A DNA stretch of 64,000 nucleotides from Eledone cirrhosa (GCA_964016885.1 OZ024755.1:21452001-21516000); one strand, 5' to 3'. Shown: positions 26,051 to 40,353, counted from the first letter of the stretch. The notes: generated from the letters alone by a model not told the origin. Made by a program: numbers and translations.

Positions 26051-28606
26051 AGAAATGAAGAAGGAGTGAGACTTCTTGAATTTTGTGATGCAAGTACACT
26101 GACTATTTGCAACACTAACTTCCAGACACCTGCCAACCACCTAATAACCTACAAATCTGGCGAGCACATAAGCCAGATTGACTTCTTACTAGTTAGGCAG
26201 TGGGACAGGCAGATGGTGTCAAATACTAAGGTGTATCCTGGGGAAGAATGTACCCCCACAGCATAGGTTAGTCGTTAGTGATATCTCAGTAAGCAAGAGA
26301 TGGAATGAGACACAGGAAGGTGTGGAGAAGAAATGTCTGGAAGCTAAAAGACCTTTCACTAAAATACAAATTTAGGAAAGCCCTTCAAGATGTGTATGAC
26401 GAAAAAGAAGACAATTTAGAGACGTATGACATAGATAATAACTGGAATTTCTTACGTGACAACTTACTGCAGGCTACTGATGAAGCTTGTGGCTGGAGCA
26501 GAGCTCCAACCAGACAGAGAGTGACCTGGTGGTGGAACGGCACAGTAGACAAGGCCATTAGAGACAAAAGACTAGCATGGAAGGCTTGGAAAAAGGGTGG
26601 GAGTAGGGAAGGATATACAGCCGCTAAGAGAGAAGCTAGACGTCAGGTGTATTTAGCACGCAGAGAGGCTGAGAGTAGGACGTTTGCCAATGTTCTGCGA
26701 CGGGAAGATCAGAAGTGTGCGGTGTTCCACATTGCAAAGCAATGTGTCAATGCAAATCAGGATGTTGTTGGAGATAAATGTGTCCGGAATGATGCCAGTG
26801 TACTTAGTGTCACGAATGATCAGAAAAAGGAGGCCTGGAAATGTCATGAGAGACTGATGAATGTGGAGAACGAATGGGTGAGAGAGAAATTAGCCTCAGT
26901 AGATCCGACAGAGGGACCAGCTATTGAGATTGACAAATACAGGGTCCAAGAGGCGATTAAGGAAATGAAAAATGGTAAGGCTGCTAGACCATCGGGGATA
27001 GTTGCTGAGATGCTGAAGGCATCAGGGGATGTAGGCACTAAACTGGTTGCACGCATCATCAATCAGGCTATATATGGTGGTGTCATACCCAAAGACTGGT
27101 GCAGCAGTATTCTCATAAATTGCTACAAAGGTAAAGGGGATGCTCTGGAGAGGAGCAATTATAGGGGTATAAAACTGATAGATCAGGTTATGAAAGTGGC
27201 AGAAAGGATATTAGCACAACTAATTAGAGAAAGGGTCAAACTAGATGAGATGCAGTTTGGTTTTGTGCCTGGGAAGAGTACAACAGATGCCCTCTTCTTG
27301 GTGAGACAATTACAAGAGAGGTTCTTAGAGAAAAATAAGCCACTATACTTAGCCTTTATTGACCTAGAGAAGGCCTTTGATAGGCTACCCCAATCTGTCA
27401 TCTGGTGGTCGCTAAGGAAACTAGGTGTTGAGGAATAGCTTGTGAGGACAGTGCAAACTTTGTACAGAGGTACTGTCAGTAAAATCAGGGTAGGAATGGA
27501 GTTTAGTGAGGAATTCTAGATACAAGTAGGAGTACATCAAGGTTCGGTCCTCAGCCCGCTCTTGTTCATTATAGTCCTCCAAGCCATAACAGAGGAGTTT
27601 AAGACTGGCTGTCCATGGGAACTTCTCTATGCTGACGATCTGGTTCTTATAGCAGAATCAGTAGAGGAGCTAGAGAATAAATTCTGGCTATGGAAACAGC
27701 AGTTGGAAGCAAGAGGACTGAGAGTGAACCTAGACAAAAGTGTTGATGAGTAGAAGAGAGGACAAAACTCTGATTCCGTCAGGGAAATGGCCATGTTCGA
27801 TATGCAGAAAAGGAACTGGCATAAACTCTATAAAATGCACACAATGCAGATCATGGGTACACAAGAGATGTAGCGGGATAGCAGGCAAACTAACAGGTAG
27901 GGAGAAATACGTATGCAGTAGATGTACAGGGAAATTAGACAGTAGCAGTCGCATTGATAGACACATTTTTCAAATTCAGGAGGGTGCTATAGAAGTGGTG
28001 GATAGCTTCCGGTACCTAGGAGATCAGATTACCATGGGAGGGGGGGGGGGTTCCGATGCCATAGTATCTAGAATAAGGACGGGTTGGAAGAAGTTTAGGG
28101 AGCTGCTCCCTCTGCTGATGAAGAAGGGTTTCTCCCTGCGTACGAAAGGCTGGTTATATGATGCCTGTGTGAGGAGCGTGATGCTACATGGTAGTGAGAC
28201 ATGGGCAGCAACTGCAGAGGATATGCGATGGCTGGAGAGAAATGAGGCAAGCATGTTCCATTGGATGTGCATGAATGACCCAGCATGAATGTGTTGAGAG
28301 AGAAACTGTGTCTGAGAGGGATAGAATGTAGTGTGCGAGAGAGGAGACTGAGGGGGTATGGACATGTGATGCGCATGGAGGATGACCGATGGGTGAAGAA
28401 GTGCCAGTTGAAGGAAGACGAGGTAGAGGTAGACCACGAAAAACATGGGCGGAGGTGGTGAGAACAGACCTCAGATCGCTGAAGCTCACGGTGGAGATGA
28501 CGAAGGACCGTGACAAGTGGAGGGATGCTGTGCTGAATAAGACCCGTCCCACCCTTGCAAGCAAGGAAGAGCAGACGTAATATGATGATGATGATGATGA
28601 TGATGA
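26050..28606 (+). mobile_element. RTE-like LINE, 5'-truncated and degenerate (APE end, RT, PHD-like Cys insertion, (GAT)n tail)
   Basis: SQIDFLL, QFGFVPGKSTTDA, FIDLEKAFD, HQGSVLSPLLF, LLYADD, CSIC..C..C..WVH..C..C..C, GRPRKTW. Several stops and frameshifts. Confidence 0.93.
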
Positions 28607-28704
28607 TATATACTTATACATACACACACATTTGGTAGTCCAATTGCATATACATATATATATATGTATATATATATATACACATATATATATATACACA
28701 TATA

Positions 28705-28740
<36 letters not shown>

Positions 28741-29127
28741 CATATATATATACATACTTACACACATGTGGAGGTATGTGGCCTAGTGGGGCCGTATTGT
28801 GTGTTGTGTTTATTTCACGTTGCTCCAGTATATTCAGCTGAAAATGGGTACTGGGTGTTTAACCCTGCGATGGGCTGGTATCCTATCCCTGATACTCCAG
28901 AAAATCTGTTGAGTGCTCTAATTCAGTTATAAACATTTATAGTCGTTGAATTACCAACAAATTGAATATCCCTTCTGCTTGTATATATATATATAGGAAA
29001 AAGTATGACCCCCGACGGCAGAGCTATTACCCACTCTACAACCCTAAGTATTGAGTACTCTGGTGCGTTATGGTCCAGCTGGTTCCTTACCACATTTCCT
29101 TCGTTATATATATATATATATATATTC

Positions 29128-29462
29128 ATTCATTTCATTCATTTCATTTTACGTCCGCTTTTTCCCTGCTTGCAAGGGTGGGACGGGAACTGATTCTGGC
29201 TTGATTTCTACAGCTGGATGCCCTTCCTAACACCAACCTCATTTACAGTGAGTGCTGGATGCTTTTTTGCCCTGGCACGTACATGACCACTTTGCAGTGG
29301 AATGATATGGATCCCAGTCCCTATCATCTCATTTCTACAGCTGAGTAAACTGGAGCAATGTGAAATAAAGTGTCTTGCTCAAAGAAACAACACATCACCC
29401 GGTCTGAGAATTGAACTCACAACCTTTCGATTGCAAGGCCAATGCTCTAACCACTAAGCCAT
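29128..29462 (-). mobile_element. SINE family B copy
   Basis: Reverse complement of 21867-22195. Confidence 0.88.
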
Positions 29463-30145
29463 ATATATATATACCTATACATGTATATATATATATATCA
29501 GTTCTGTATGAGCAAGTCATTGTCACCTGACCCAGCATTGCCCATAACAGGACAACTCGTCTAACCAATCCTAGCGTGGGTAAATGGATGTAAAACAGTG
29601 GGGATGATATACACTTACATACAAACACACATATTGTACACCCTGTGGTTATTTTAACAAGTGTTCCAGATTTTAACCAATGAAACTTCATACTCATTAA
29701 GTTAACTTGTAAGTGGCTTAATATTCCACAGACTGGTACACCCCATTAATGTAGTTCGCAGGGAGATTCAGCATGACACACTGGAGTAATGCAAAATAAA
29801 GATCCATCAAACCCATGCAAACATTGACATAAAGCATAGGTAATGGTGGTAGTGATGATGGTGGTGATGATGGTGATAATGGTGGTGGCGATGGTAGTGT
29901 TAGTGATGATGATGCTGATGGTGACTGGTAAGGATGATAATAACCTCCCACTGTTGTTTCCTTTTTCTTTAACTGTTTTATATCCAACTCACTAATCCTT
30001 ATATCTCTCTTTTCTACTGACACCCTTACTGTCTCCCTTTATCTTTCTCTCTATTACATTCTCTTTCTTATACCTGTCGCTCTCTCTCTCTTCTTTCTTT
30101 TTCATTGTTCTCTCTCTCTCATGTTGTTCTCACTCTCTGTATATG

Positions 30146-30149
<4 letters not shown>

Positions 30150-30209
<60 letters not shown>

Positions 30210-31395
30210 TCTCTCTCTCTCTCACTCTCTCTCACTCTTTTTCTATGTTTCCTCACCAAAACCAACACCAGCACTTCTAACACCACCAGCACCAACACCA
30301 TCATCACCACCACCACTTCTAACACCACCAGCACTTCTAACACCACCAACACCAACACCATCAGCACCAGCACCAGCACCACCAACACCAGCACCAACAC
30401 CACCAGCACCAACACCATCATCACCAACATCACTTCTAACACCATCATCATCACCACCACTTCTAACTCCACCATCACCACCACCATCACCACCACCACT
30501 TCTAACACCACCACTTCTAACACCACCATCACCACCACCACTTCTAACACCACCATCACCACCACCACTTCTAACACCATCATCACCACCACCACTTCTA
30601 ACACCACCAACACCAACACTTCTAACACCATCATCATCACCACCACTTCTAACTCCACCATCACCACCACTTCTAACTCCACCATCACCACCACCACTTC
30701 TAACACCATCATCACCACCACCACTTCTAACACCACCAACACCAACACTTCTAACACCATCATCACCACCACTTCTAACTCCACCATCACCACCACCACC
30801 ATCACCACCACCACTTCTAACACCACCACTTCTAACACCATCATCACCACCACCACTTCTAACACCACCAACACCAACACTTCTAACACCATCATCATCA
30901 CCACCACTTCTAACTCCACCATCACCACCACCACTTCTAACACCACCATCACCACCACCACTTCTAACACCATCATCACCACCACCACTTCTAACACCAC
31001 CAATACCAACACCATCATCACCAGCCACCACTTCTAACTCCACCATCACCACCACCACTTCTAACACCACCATCACCACCACCGCTTCTAACACCATCAT
31101 CACCACCACCACTTCTAACACCACCAACACCAACACTTCTAACACCATCATCATCACCACCACTTCTAACTCCACCATCACCACCACCACTTCTAACACC
31201 ACCATCACCACCACCACTTCTAACACCATCATCACCACCACCACTTCTAACACCACCAATACCAACACCACCATCACCACCACCACTTCTAACTCCACCA
31301 TCACTTCTAACACCACCAGCACCAACACCATCATCACCGCCAGCACCACCACCACCACCACCACCACCACCACTAGCAACAACAACAACAACATC
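30150..31395 (+). repeat. (CT)n followed by cttctaac-(ACC/ATC)n minisatellite
   Basis: Direct reading; the T/P/V-rich ORFs here are artefacts. Confidence 0.9.
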
Positions 31396-31974
31396 ACTCT
31401 AAAGCTGTGTAATTCATGTGTATTGAAGCTTCAAATTGGATGATAGTGACCACAATAACTAGACACCACAGCAGCAATGGCCTCCTGTCTCAATAATCAA
31501 TCTTTTGAAATGGTGGTGGCAGTAGCAGTAGTAGTGGTGGTGGTGGTGGTGAAAGTAGCTTTAGTGGTGGTGGTGGTGGTAGAAGTGTTGTTGGTGCTGG
31601 TGGTGTTGATGACAATGGTGGCAATAGTGGTAATAGAGGTCGTGGTCGTGGTAGTGGGGTGTAGAACCAGCCAGTGCAGTGACCATTCCATCGGTATTAA
31701 CAGAACCATTACAGCACGAAATGAAATCTTGGAATATCTTAATGGAAACCTAAATCTTATTATCCAAGTATCCGTCTCTCTGTCTCTCTGTCTCTCCATC
31801 TATTTCATTTCATATTATATCTCAGAACACAAAGTCATTTCCTCCCTCACATCACAACTTTTTTTTTTATATATTACTGAAACTACTAAAGAAGCTAAAC
31901 AAAACTGAACACACATAACAGAGAGATGGGGCATGTGTGGGGGTGGAGTGACAGAAAAGCATAGTGATAAGGAA

Positions 31975-32004
31975 ATATATATATATATATGTATATATAT
32001 ACAT

Positions 32005-32056
<52 letters not shown>

Positions 32057-32447
32057 TTATATATATTTTTATATATTTATTTATATATATATTTATATAT
32101 TTATATATATATTTATATATTTATATATATATTTATATATTTATATATATATTTATATATTTATATATTTATATATATATATATATATACATATATATTT
32201 ATATATATACATATATATTTATATATATACATATATATTTATATATATACATATATATTTATATATATACATATATATTTATATATATACATATATATTT
32301 ATATATATACATATATATTTATATATATTTATATACATATATATTTATATATATATATATATACACACACATATATATATTTATATGTATTTATATATAT
32401 TTATATATATATATTTATATATATATATTTATATATTTATATATATA

Positions 32448-32480
<33 letters not shown>
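31975..32480. repeat. (TA)n-rich microsatellite
   Basis: Direct reading. Confidence 0.95.
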
Positions 32481-32484
<4 letters not shown>

Positions 32485-32569
32485 TCATCGAGAATCGCAT
32501 TTCAGCAGGTAGAAAAAGCGAAACGTAATGCAAATTCCGAGTCATGTATATATTTATATATATTTTATA

Positions 32570-32905
32570 TATCATCATCATTTCATTTTACGTCAGCTTT
32601 TCCCTGCTTGCAAGGGTGGGACGGGAACTGATTCTGGCTTGATTTCTACACCTGGATGCCCTTCCTAACACCAACCTCATTTACAGTGGGTGCTGGGTGC
32701 TTTTTTGCCGTGGCACCTCCACGACCACTTTGCAGTGGAATGATAGGGACCCCAGTCCCTATCATCTCATTTCTACAGCTGAGTAAACTGGAGCAATGTG
32801 AAATAAAGTGTCTTGCTCAAGGAAACAACACATCACCCGGTCTGAGAATTGAACTCACAACCTTTCGATTGCAAGCCCAATGCTCTAACCACTAAGCCAT
32901 GTGCC
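32570..32905 (-). mobile_element. SINE family B copy
   Basis: Reverse complement of 21867-22195. Confidence 0.88.
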
Positions 32906-32924
32906 TCCATCCATATTTATATAT

Positions 32925-33500
32925 ATACTAGTAGTATATCCCGGCATTGCATGGGTAAGAACATTAGTAATAGCACCTCCAATGAGAAACATTTATTTGT
33001 GAGTGCCTGTTATTGGCAAGAAGTGGCAACTGGGCTGGCTTGCCTTGCTTATATTATATATTAAAATAACAGATTAAAGTTTAAGCAAAGAATCGCTGCT
33101 TTCACCTTTAACAGATTCTTCTGAAACTAAAAAAAAATCTGTGAACGCAGAAGTAAATATTTCAAAAACCTTTTCAACCGAAGGAAAACAGGAAGACAAT
33201 ACTTTGGTTCGTGAAGATGTTCCCTGGCAATGAATGGAAAATAGCGAACATAATACGTCATAATGCAGACAGCCAAACATACAGGCTGACAGATATTATA
33301 AGGGCGCAACAGAGATCGATAACCAGCGCCTAACACCCCTTTAACAACAGAAAATTGAAAAATGAAAGCTGCAGTTAATATCTTTAGACCGCAAGGAATA
33401 TATAAATGCAAGTTTGAAGTCAATCGGAGTAGAAATGTGGATTTGTATAGACTTTGAAAAAATGAGGACACACACACGCAGACAACTACAGTTTTATATA
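32925..33500 (+). mobile_element. Helentron/DINE-1-like (HINE) non-autonomous element
   Basis: Starts tactagtagtatatcccggcattgcatggg and ends aatcgg...gacacacacacgcagac...ttttatatata. The internal block 33135-33265 recurs at 36540-36675. Confidence 0.6.
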
Positions 33501-33782
33501 TATGTATAGATATTTATATATATATATTTATATTTATATTTATATATATATATATTTATATATATATTTATATATATATTTATATTTATATATATATTTA
33601 TATATATATATATATATGTATATATTTATATATATATTTATATATATATATTTATATATATATATTTATATATATATTTATATATATTTATATATATATA
33701 TATTTATATATATTTATATATATTTATATATTTATATATATTTATATATATATATATATTTATATATATATTTATATATATT

Positions 33783-33815
<33 letters not shown>

Positions 33816-33843
33816 TTATATATATATTTATATAATATATATT

Positions 33844-33874
<31 letters not shown>

Positions 33875-34206
33875 ATATTTATATATATATTTATATATAT
33901 ATTTATATATATATATTTATATATATATATTTATATATATATATATTTATATATATTTATATATATGTATATATATATTTATATATATGTATATATATAT
34001 TTATATATATGTATATATATGTATATATATATTTATATATATATATGTATATATATATTTATATATATATATGTATATATATATTTATATATATATATGT
34101 ATATATATATATTTATATATATATATTTATATATATATATGTATATATATATATTTATATATATATATGTATATATATATATTTATATATATATTTATAT
34201 ATATAT
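33495..34206. repeat. (TA)n/(TTTATA) microsatellite
   Basis: Direct reading. Confidence 0.95.
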
Positions 34207-34257
34207 AAAATAAAGTTAGATAAAAAGTCAAATGTTTAAAATTTAGCTTCGTTTATT

Positions 34258-34312
34258 ACTGCTATATATATTTCAGTGACAGCCATCTTTGGCTGTGACC
34301 TCTTCAGGCAGT
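34258..34312 (-). ncRNA. Type I minimal hammerhead ribozyme
   Basis: Minus strand reads actgc-CTGAAGA-ggtcacagcca(aaga)tggctgtcact-GAAA-tatata-TA-gcagt, followed by AATAAA. Stem I is 5 bp, stem II 10 of 11 bp, and loop III is palindromic. Confidence 0.8.
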
Positions 34313-35269
34313 CCGAATTAGTGTGGTATAGACAAGTACATATGTTGTTGAGGTGTATAATATTGTCAATACTCTGATATGCCCAGTTCCTGGTTGGGTT
34401 GTTATTTCACTGAGGAACTGGAATCATATGAATTCAAACAAACGAATTTCAGTGTCAAAGGGCCTCTTCTCCTCTCATTGGCCAGTTGTTAGAACATTCC
34501 TCATTCTAAGTGTTGTTATTGTTGGAGTTAGCTTAAAAAATTGATAAAGTGGTAGAAGGGACAAGGTGTTAAAGGAACAAAATAACAAAAAAAGAAATAT
34601 AAGGCAATATATGAAGAAAACAGAAAATAAATAATATAATTTGTATAATTTGAAAATAAATAATAAATAGAGAATAAAAAATAAAGAATAAAAGAAAAAT
34701 TGTTGAAAAAGTAATGAAAATGAATATGGAGAAGTGAGAAATAAAATGAAGATTCAAATAAAGTAGGATAAAGTGTGTGTGTGCTATAACCAATCTCAAG
34801 GTCAGAAATATGTTGGATAGATTGGTATGAGGAACAAGATGTTAAAATAAGATAATCAAACACAATGTGTTTGTGTAATAATCAATCTCAACTTAAAAAT
34901 AAATATAAGGTGATACAGTGAAGAGAGAAGAAAACAAATAACAAATTAATAAAGAGAAATCAAGATTTAAAATTGGGACTTGAAAGTCAGAAATCAAGTA
35001 AATTAAAATGTGTTTGTGTTATATAGATGTTGGACAAATTATAATGGCTGTGTCCAATTCAATCTCTAGGCTATCATGGTGTCTGCTCAGCCTGGGTTGT
35101 TCCCTATGGCTTGAGGGGAGTTCACAACCTAGGGTGTTGTTACTGCCCATATAGCATGAGGGAGGTCTGGCTGAGAGGTGTTTACATGTTCTGTAGAAGT
35201 CCCTATAGCTTGAGGGGAGTTCACATCTTCTTGTGATGCTACTGTCCATATATCTTGAGGAAGGTCCCG

Positions 35270-35835
35270 GCTCTAAGGTGTCTGCATGTCCCGAAGAAGT
35301 CGGTTCTGAGGTTTATCAGGCCGCTTCCACCTCTTAGTATCTCGAGGGTCTCGTTCAGGCATAGTTTGCATATGCAAGATCCCCCTTTATCGGGTGGTAC
35401 TTTCTTGATTATGTACTAGGCCAGAGAGTACGGGGTCCTGTCCAGCTTAAACTTCCAGATCAGGTCGGAGAGAGCCGTGCTTTTCCTTTTGGCCTCCTTA
35501 TTGAATGAATGGCGATGGTTGTACCAGCGGTCTTTAAAGCTCCTTGATGTGACTCCTATGTAGAGGTGTTTGGAGTTTTAACCCTACAACTAGGTTCTTC
35601 TTGAGGCATTCATTACCAAGGGGGCATGATTCGAGGTTTCTGCAGTTGCAGAGGGTGGTCGACCTCTGCGTGCCTAGATTAGGGTTCCCGTTAGAAGATG
35701 GCAATACAAGCACTCAGCAGAACCATGTGAAAGGAGGGAAGGGGGGACCCAGAGACCCCCCACTGTGCCTGGGGGAAGACCAACATGTAACACATAACGG
35801 GAACCCTAATCTAGGCACGCAGAGGTCGACCACCC
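35270..35835 (-). mobile_element. Penelope-like element relic: GIY-YIG endonuclease C-terminus with a 41-bp inverted duplication
   Basis: CNCRNLESCPLGNECLKKNLV...HLYIGVTSRSFKDRWYNHRHSF...STALS..IW...CKLCLNE...LINLR..FFGTCRH, with an internal stop. Perfect inverted repeat at 35653-35693 / 35795-35835. Confidence 0.85.
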
Positions 35836-36959
35836 ATGTATTTATGTGTTTATATGAGCGGGGATATGCAAGTAAATCTTACTTTGTGGACAGCTTATCC
35901 TTAGCATAATATTCATGCTAGAACAGCATATATTTGAAAGTTTTCAGGGAGTTGAATTACTGATTTTGCATCGGTAGCTTAATCTTTGAAAAAATGAAAT
36001 GTGCAGTGTAAACATTTTTTATTATTCCTCCGGGGATGAATCTTCTCTGCCTTTTTCCATCTCTTTCTTGCTCTCTGGAAGAAATCAGCCGTAGTATGAC
36101 CTAAAAAAATGGTTAGATACACCATGACGCACCGTGCATCACGGTGGAGTTGAAAAGCAGACTCAGAAGATGGCGTTGTGTGGGGATGGCTCGCAGCCCA
36201 ATGTTCCAGGGGGAGCAAAAGAAGAAGAAGAAGGTGTGAGCTGGAGTCCTATCAAATATGTAGTTGTGTCTTAAATTGAAGGTTTAGTAGAAACAATTCA
36301 TGTATAGTTTTGTACTTTTCTTTTTGTCATTCATATATAAACAAATCTACTATATAAATTGGAAGTGGTCGGACGTTGTATATGTAGGTGTAGTCGGATA
36401 AACGTCGAAACGGCTTGGTGGAATGCACAGTTATGCAGAATGACCCGAGGAGGCGTTGGGTCGACTTTCAAGCTGCAAGCTTCCATGGTTATGGAGAAAA
36501 TCGATGAAACAGGCATTTCCCATTCAAATTGAACTGAGAGTAATCTGTGAACGCAGAAGTAAATATTTCGAGAAACGTTGCAACCGAACGAAAACAGGAA
36601 GACGATATTTTGGTTCGTGAAGACGTTCCCTGGCAATGAACGGGGAAAAATCGAGGATAATACGTCGTTATGTGGAGCGTGAAGAACAATTTCATGCAAA
36701 GACAAGACCAAGTTTATGGTATAAATGGAGTCGTTAGACTAATAGTCTATTTAAAATAACAGAATGATTTCCAGCCCCGGAGTTTAAGAATGATGTAAAT
36801 AAAATTGAAAACGAAAATGACAGAGGTTATTAAAATAGTAAAAGTAAATAGTGAAGATTTAGGCCAGTACATACGTATGCCCCGACGGACATACACATAC
36901 ATACGCACACACAAATATATACACCCCCACACGCGAACGCACACACGTATGTATAAACC

Positions 36960-37378
36960 TTATGCATTTCTACAGTATTTTCACCAAACTTAAGACATAG
37001 CTTACTTATGTACTCCAGATGGTCATGGGCACTGTCATTTTTTCCAGATATTGATTATAGGGTCCCCCGACAGATAACCCCTTTAACCACTTCCTTGGAG
37101 TCGACTGAAGCACTGCAACAAAACGTCATAACTTCTGGAGTTCCCAACCGATTTTCACAAAACTTGACACATGGGCTACGTTTGTCCTACAGATGAATGT
37201 GAACTAGCAGAATTGGCACATATTGGGTAGGGGACCCCTGGGGGCAGGAACCCCCTTTTGGAAAAAGCCGATGATTTTGTAAAAGTATAGTTTTCGAAGC
37301 AGCACTGAAGTATTGACATAAATGGTATACACAACTGCTATTTAATATCCAAGCAACGCCGTGTACCTCTGTAGTATA
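36960..37378 (-). mobile_element. Helentron/DINE-1-like element, opposite orientation
   Basis: cataacttctggagttcccaaccgattttcacaaaacttgacaca and the terminus agcaacgccgtgtacctctgtagtata. Confidence 0.5.
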
Positions 37379-37739
37379 TATATATATATTTATTTATATA
37401 TATATATATTTATATATGTATATTTATTTATATATATATATATATGTATATTTATTTATATATGTATATTTATTTATATATATATATATATATTATGTGT
37501 GTATATATATATGGACTGACAGGGATGAGGTTGGGATAGAGTGAGAGAGATACAGAAATGGTGGCAAATAAAATAGAAAGAGAGACAGAGAGAAACTATC
37601 ATAGATAAGCAGATATATTGATAATTATGATGATGATGATCGTTTCAATGATGACAATGGTAATGATGATCATCATCATAGCCATCATGTTTATCAACAT
37701 CATCATGATCATGTTTATCTTCATAATAGTCATGATGGC

Positions 37740-38955
37740 AATATAATATAATATAACATAATATATAATATAATATAATAATATAACATAATATATAATA
37801 TAATATATAATATAATATAATATAATATATAATATAATATAATATAATATATAATATAACATAATATATAATATAATATAATATATAATATAATATAATA
37901 TAATATAACATAATATATAATATAATATAATATATAATATAACATAATATATAATATAATATAATATAACATAATATAATATATAATATAATATAACATA
38001 ATATATAATATAATATATAATATAATATAACATAATATATAATATAATATAATATATAATATAATATATGACATATCCGTTGTCATACAGTCACATCTTG
38101 TGCACCTTTCTATCACTTTCCACTTGAGTGAATTTGACTTTTGTCTCATGAATAATACAAGAAAAGTAAAAATGGAAAAAACATTTTTTTTATCTTTTGA
38201 GAGAGAGAGAAACTTTTAACAACATATTAGTTATCTTGAACAGACGATTTGTGAATTACCCATTAAGTGTGAATAAGATGATGTTGAGATGAATTCTATT
38301 CAAATGATCTCCATTAAAATTTATATCATTTTCTTCTCCCTGTTTCTTAGTGATTTTTTTAGTTTATGCCACAGACAAATATGGAGTTTCTTTTCTATAA
38401 ATGTTTTTTAAAATTGATTTTGAAAATGAATATAAAACTGAATATGTATGTGTGTGTGTGTATGTATATGTATATGAATATATTTATATATTATGTGTGT
38501 GTGTGTATATATGTGTGTATATATATGTATATATGTATGTATGTATATATATATATGTATAAATATATATGTATATACATATATATATACACACATACAT
38601 ATATGTATATATATATATATATGTATAAATATATATGTATATATGTATGTGTGTGTATGTGTATACATATATGTATGTATATATATATGTATATATGTAT
38701 ATGTGTATACATATATGTATGTATATATATATATGTATATATGTATATGTGTATACATATATGTATATATATATATATGTATGTGTGTATATATATATGT
38801 ATATGTGTATACATATATGTATATATATATATATGTATGTGTGTATATATATATGTATATATGTATGTATATGTGTATACATATATGTATATATATATAT
38901 ATGTGTGTATATATATATATGTGTGTGTATATATATATGTATATATATATATGTG

Positions 38956-38986
<31 letters not shown>

Positions 38987-38989
38987 GTG

Positions 38990-39020
<31 letters not shown>

Positions 39021-39057
39021 GTGTGTATATATATATATGTATATATATATATATGTG

Positions 39058-39088
<31 letters not shown>

Positions 39089-39093
39089 GTGTG

Positions 39094-39124
<31 letters not shown>

Positions 39125-39398
39125 GTGTGTATATATATATATATGTGTGTATATATATATATGTATATATATATATGTGTGTATATATATATATGTATAT
39201 ATATATGTGTGTATATATATATATGTGTATATATATATATATGTGTATATATATATATATGTGTATATATATATGTGTGTATATATATATATATGTGTAT
39301 ATATATATATATGTGTATATATATATATGTGTGTATATATATATATATGTATATATATATATAATGTGTGTGTATATATATATGTATACATATATATA

Positions 39399-39429
<31 letters not shown>

Positions 39430-39451
39430 GTGTATATATATATATGTATAC

Positions 39452-39507
<56 letters not shown>

Positions 39508-39705
39508 GTATATATATATATATATGTATATGTGTGTATATATATGTATATGTGTGTATATATATGTATATGTGTGTATATATATATATATATGTGTGTA
39601 TATATATATATATATGTGTATGTGTGTGTGTATATATATATGTTTGTGAGTGTATGTATACATATATGTATACATATATATGTTTGCATGTGTGTGTGTG
39701 TGTAT
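37740..39705. repeat. (ATA/TAATA)n (37740-38067) and (TA/TG)n (38440-39705) microsatellites
   Basis: Direct reading. Confidence 0.95.
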
Positions 39706-40024
39706 TAATTACAGGGAAGAATTAGAATATTCCTTATTTTTATCTTTGGCAATGCTATTTCCGTTTTTGTTTTAATATTCTCTATAATGACATATTTCTG
39801 GTTTTACTAATGGACAAATTCCTCAAAATCTATTGTGGCAAAATATCTTCCTAACTAATGGTTTAAAAGATATTTCATAACTTTTTACTATTTTTTTTAT
39901 CTGAACTATTTCTAGTCTAGTTATGCATCTCTCTCTGAATTCATGTGTGTATCTATAAATGTACAGTTTATGTGTGTGTATTATTATATGTGTGTGACTA
40001 TATATATATACATATGAAATGCAT

Positions 40025-40057
<33 letters not shown>

Positions 40058-40353
40058 CAATATATATGTATACACATATATTTATATAGGTGTGTATGTA
40101 TTGTTGCTGGGGTGGAAGTAAGCCTGAAAATTTACTCTCTATTAAAATGCCCAAAACGGCTTGCGCACCACATAGCCTCTGACAAGTGAAACCCAGCTCC
40201 TGGCCTTTCTGTATTGGAGATATTTAGAACTGACAAGGAGAAAGGGTAAAAGTGAGTTACTGGCACCTTAAAATCAGTTGCTGCAGGTGAACATGCCTCG
40301 TCAGCTTTGGGTGGCAGTCTGGCTAGATGAAGGATCAGGATAGATAGAACTCC

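Noticed and set aside
30105-31443. Mucin-like, extensin-like or Gly-rich ORFs on both strands
   Set aside because: A trinucleotide-derived minisatellite that is open in several frames.
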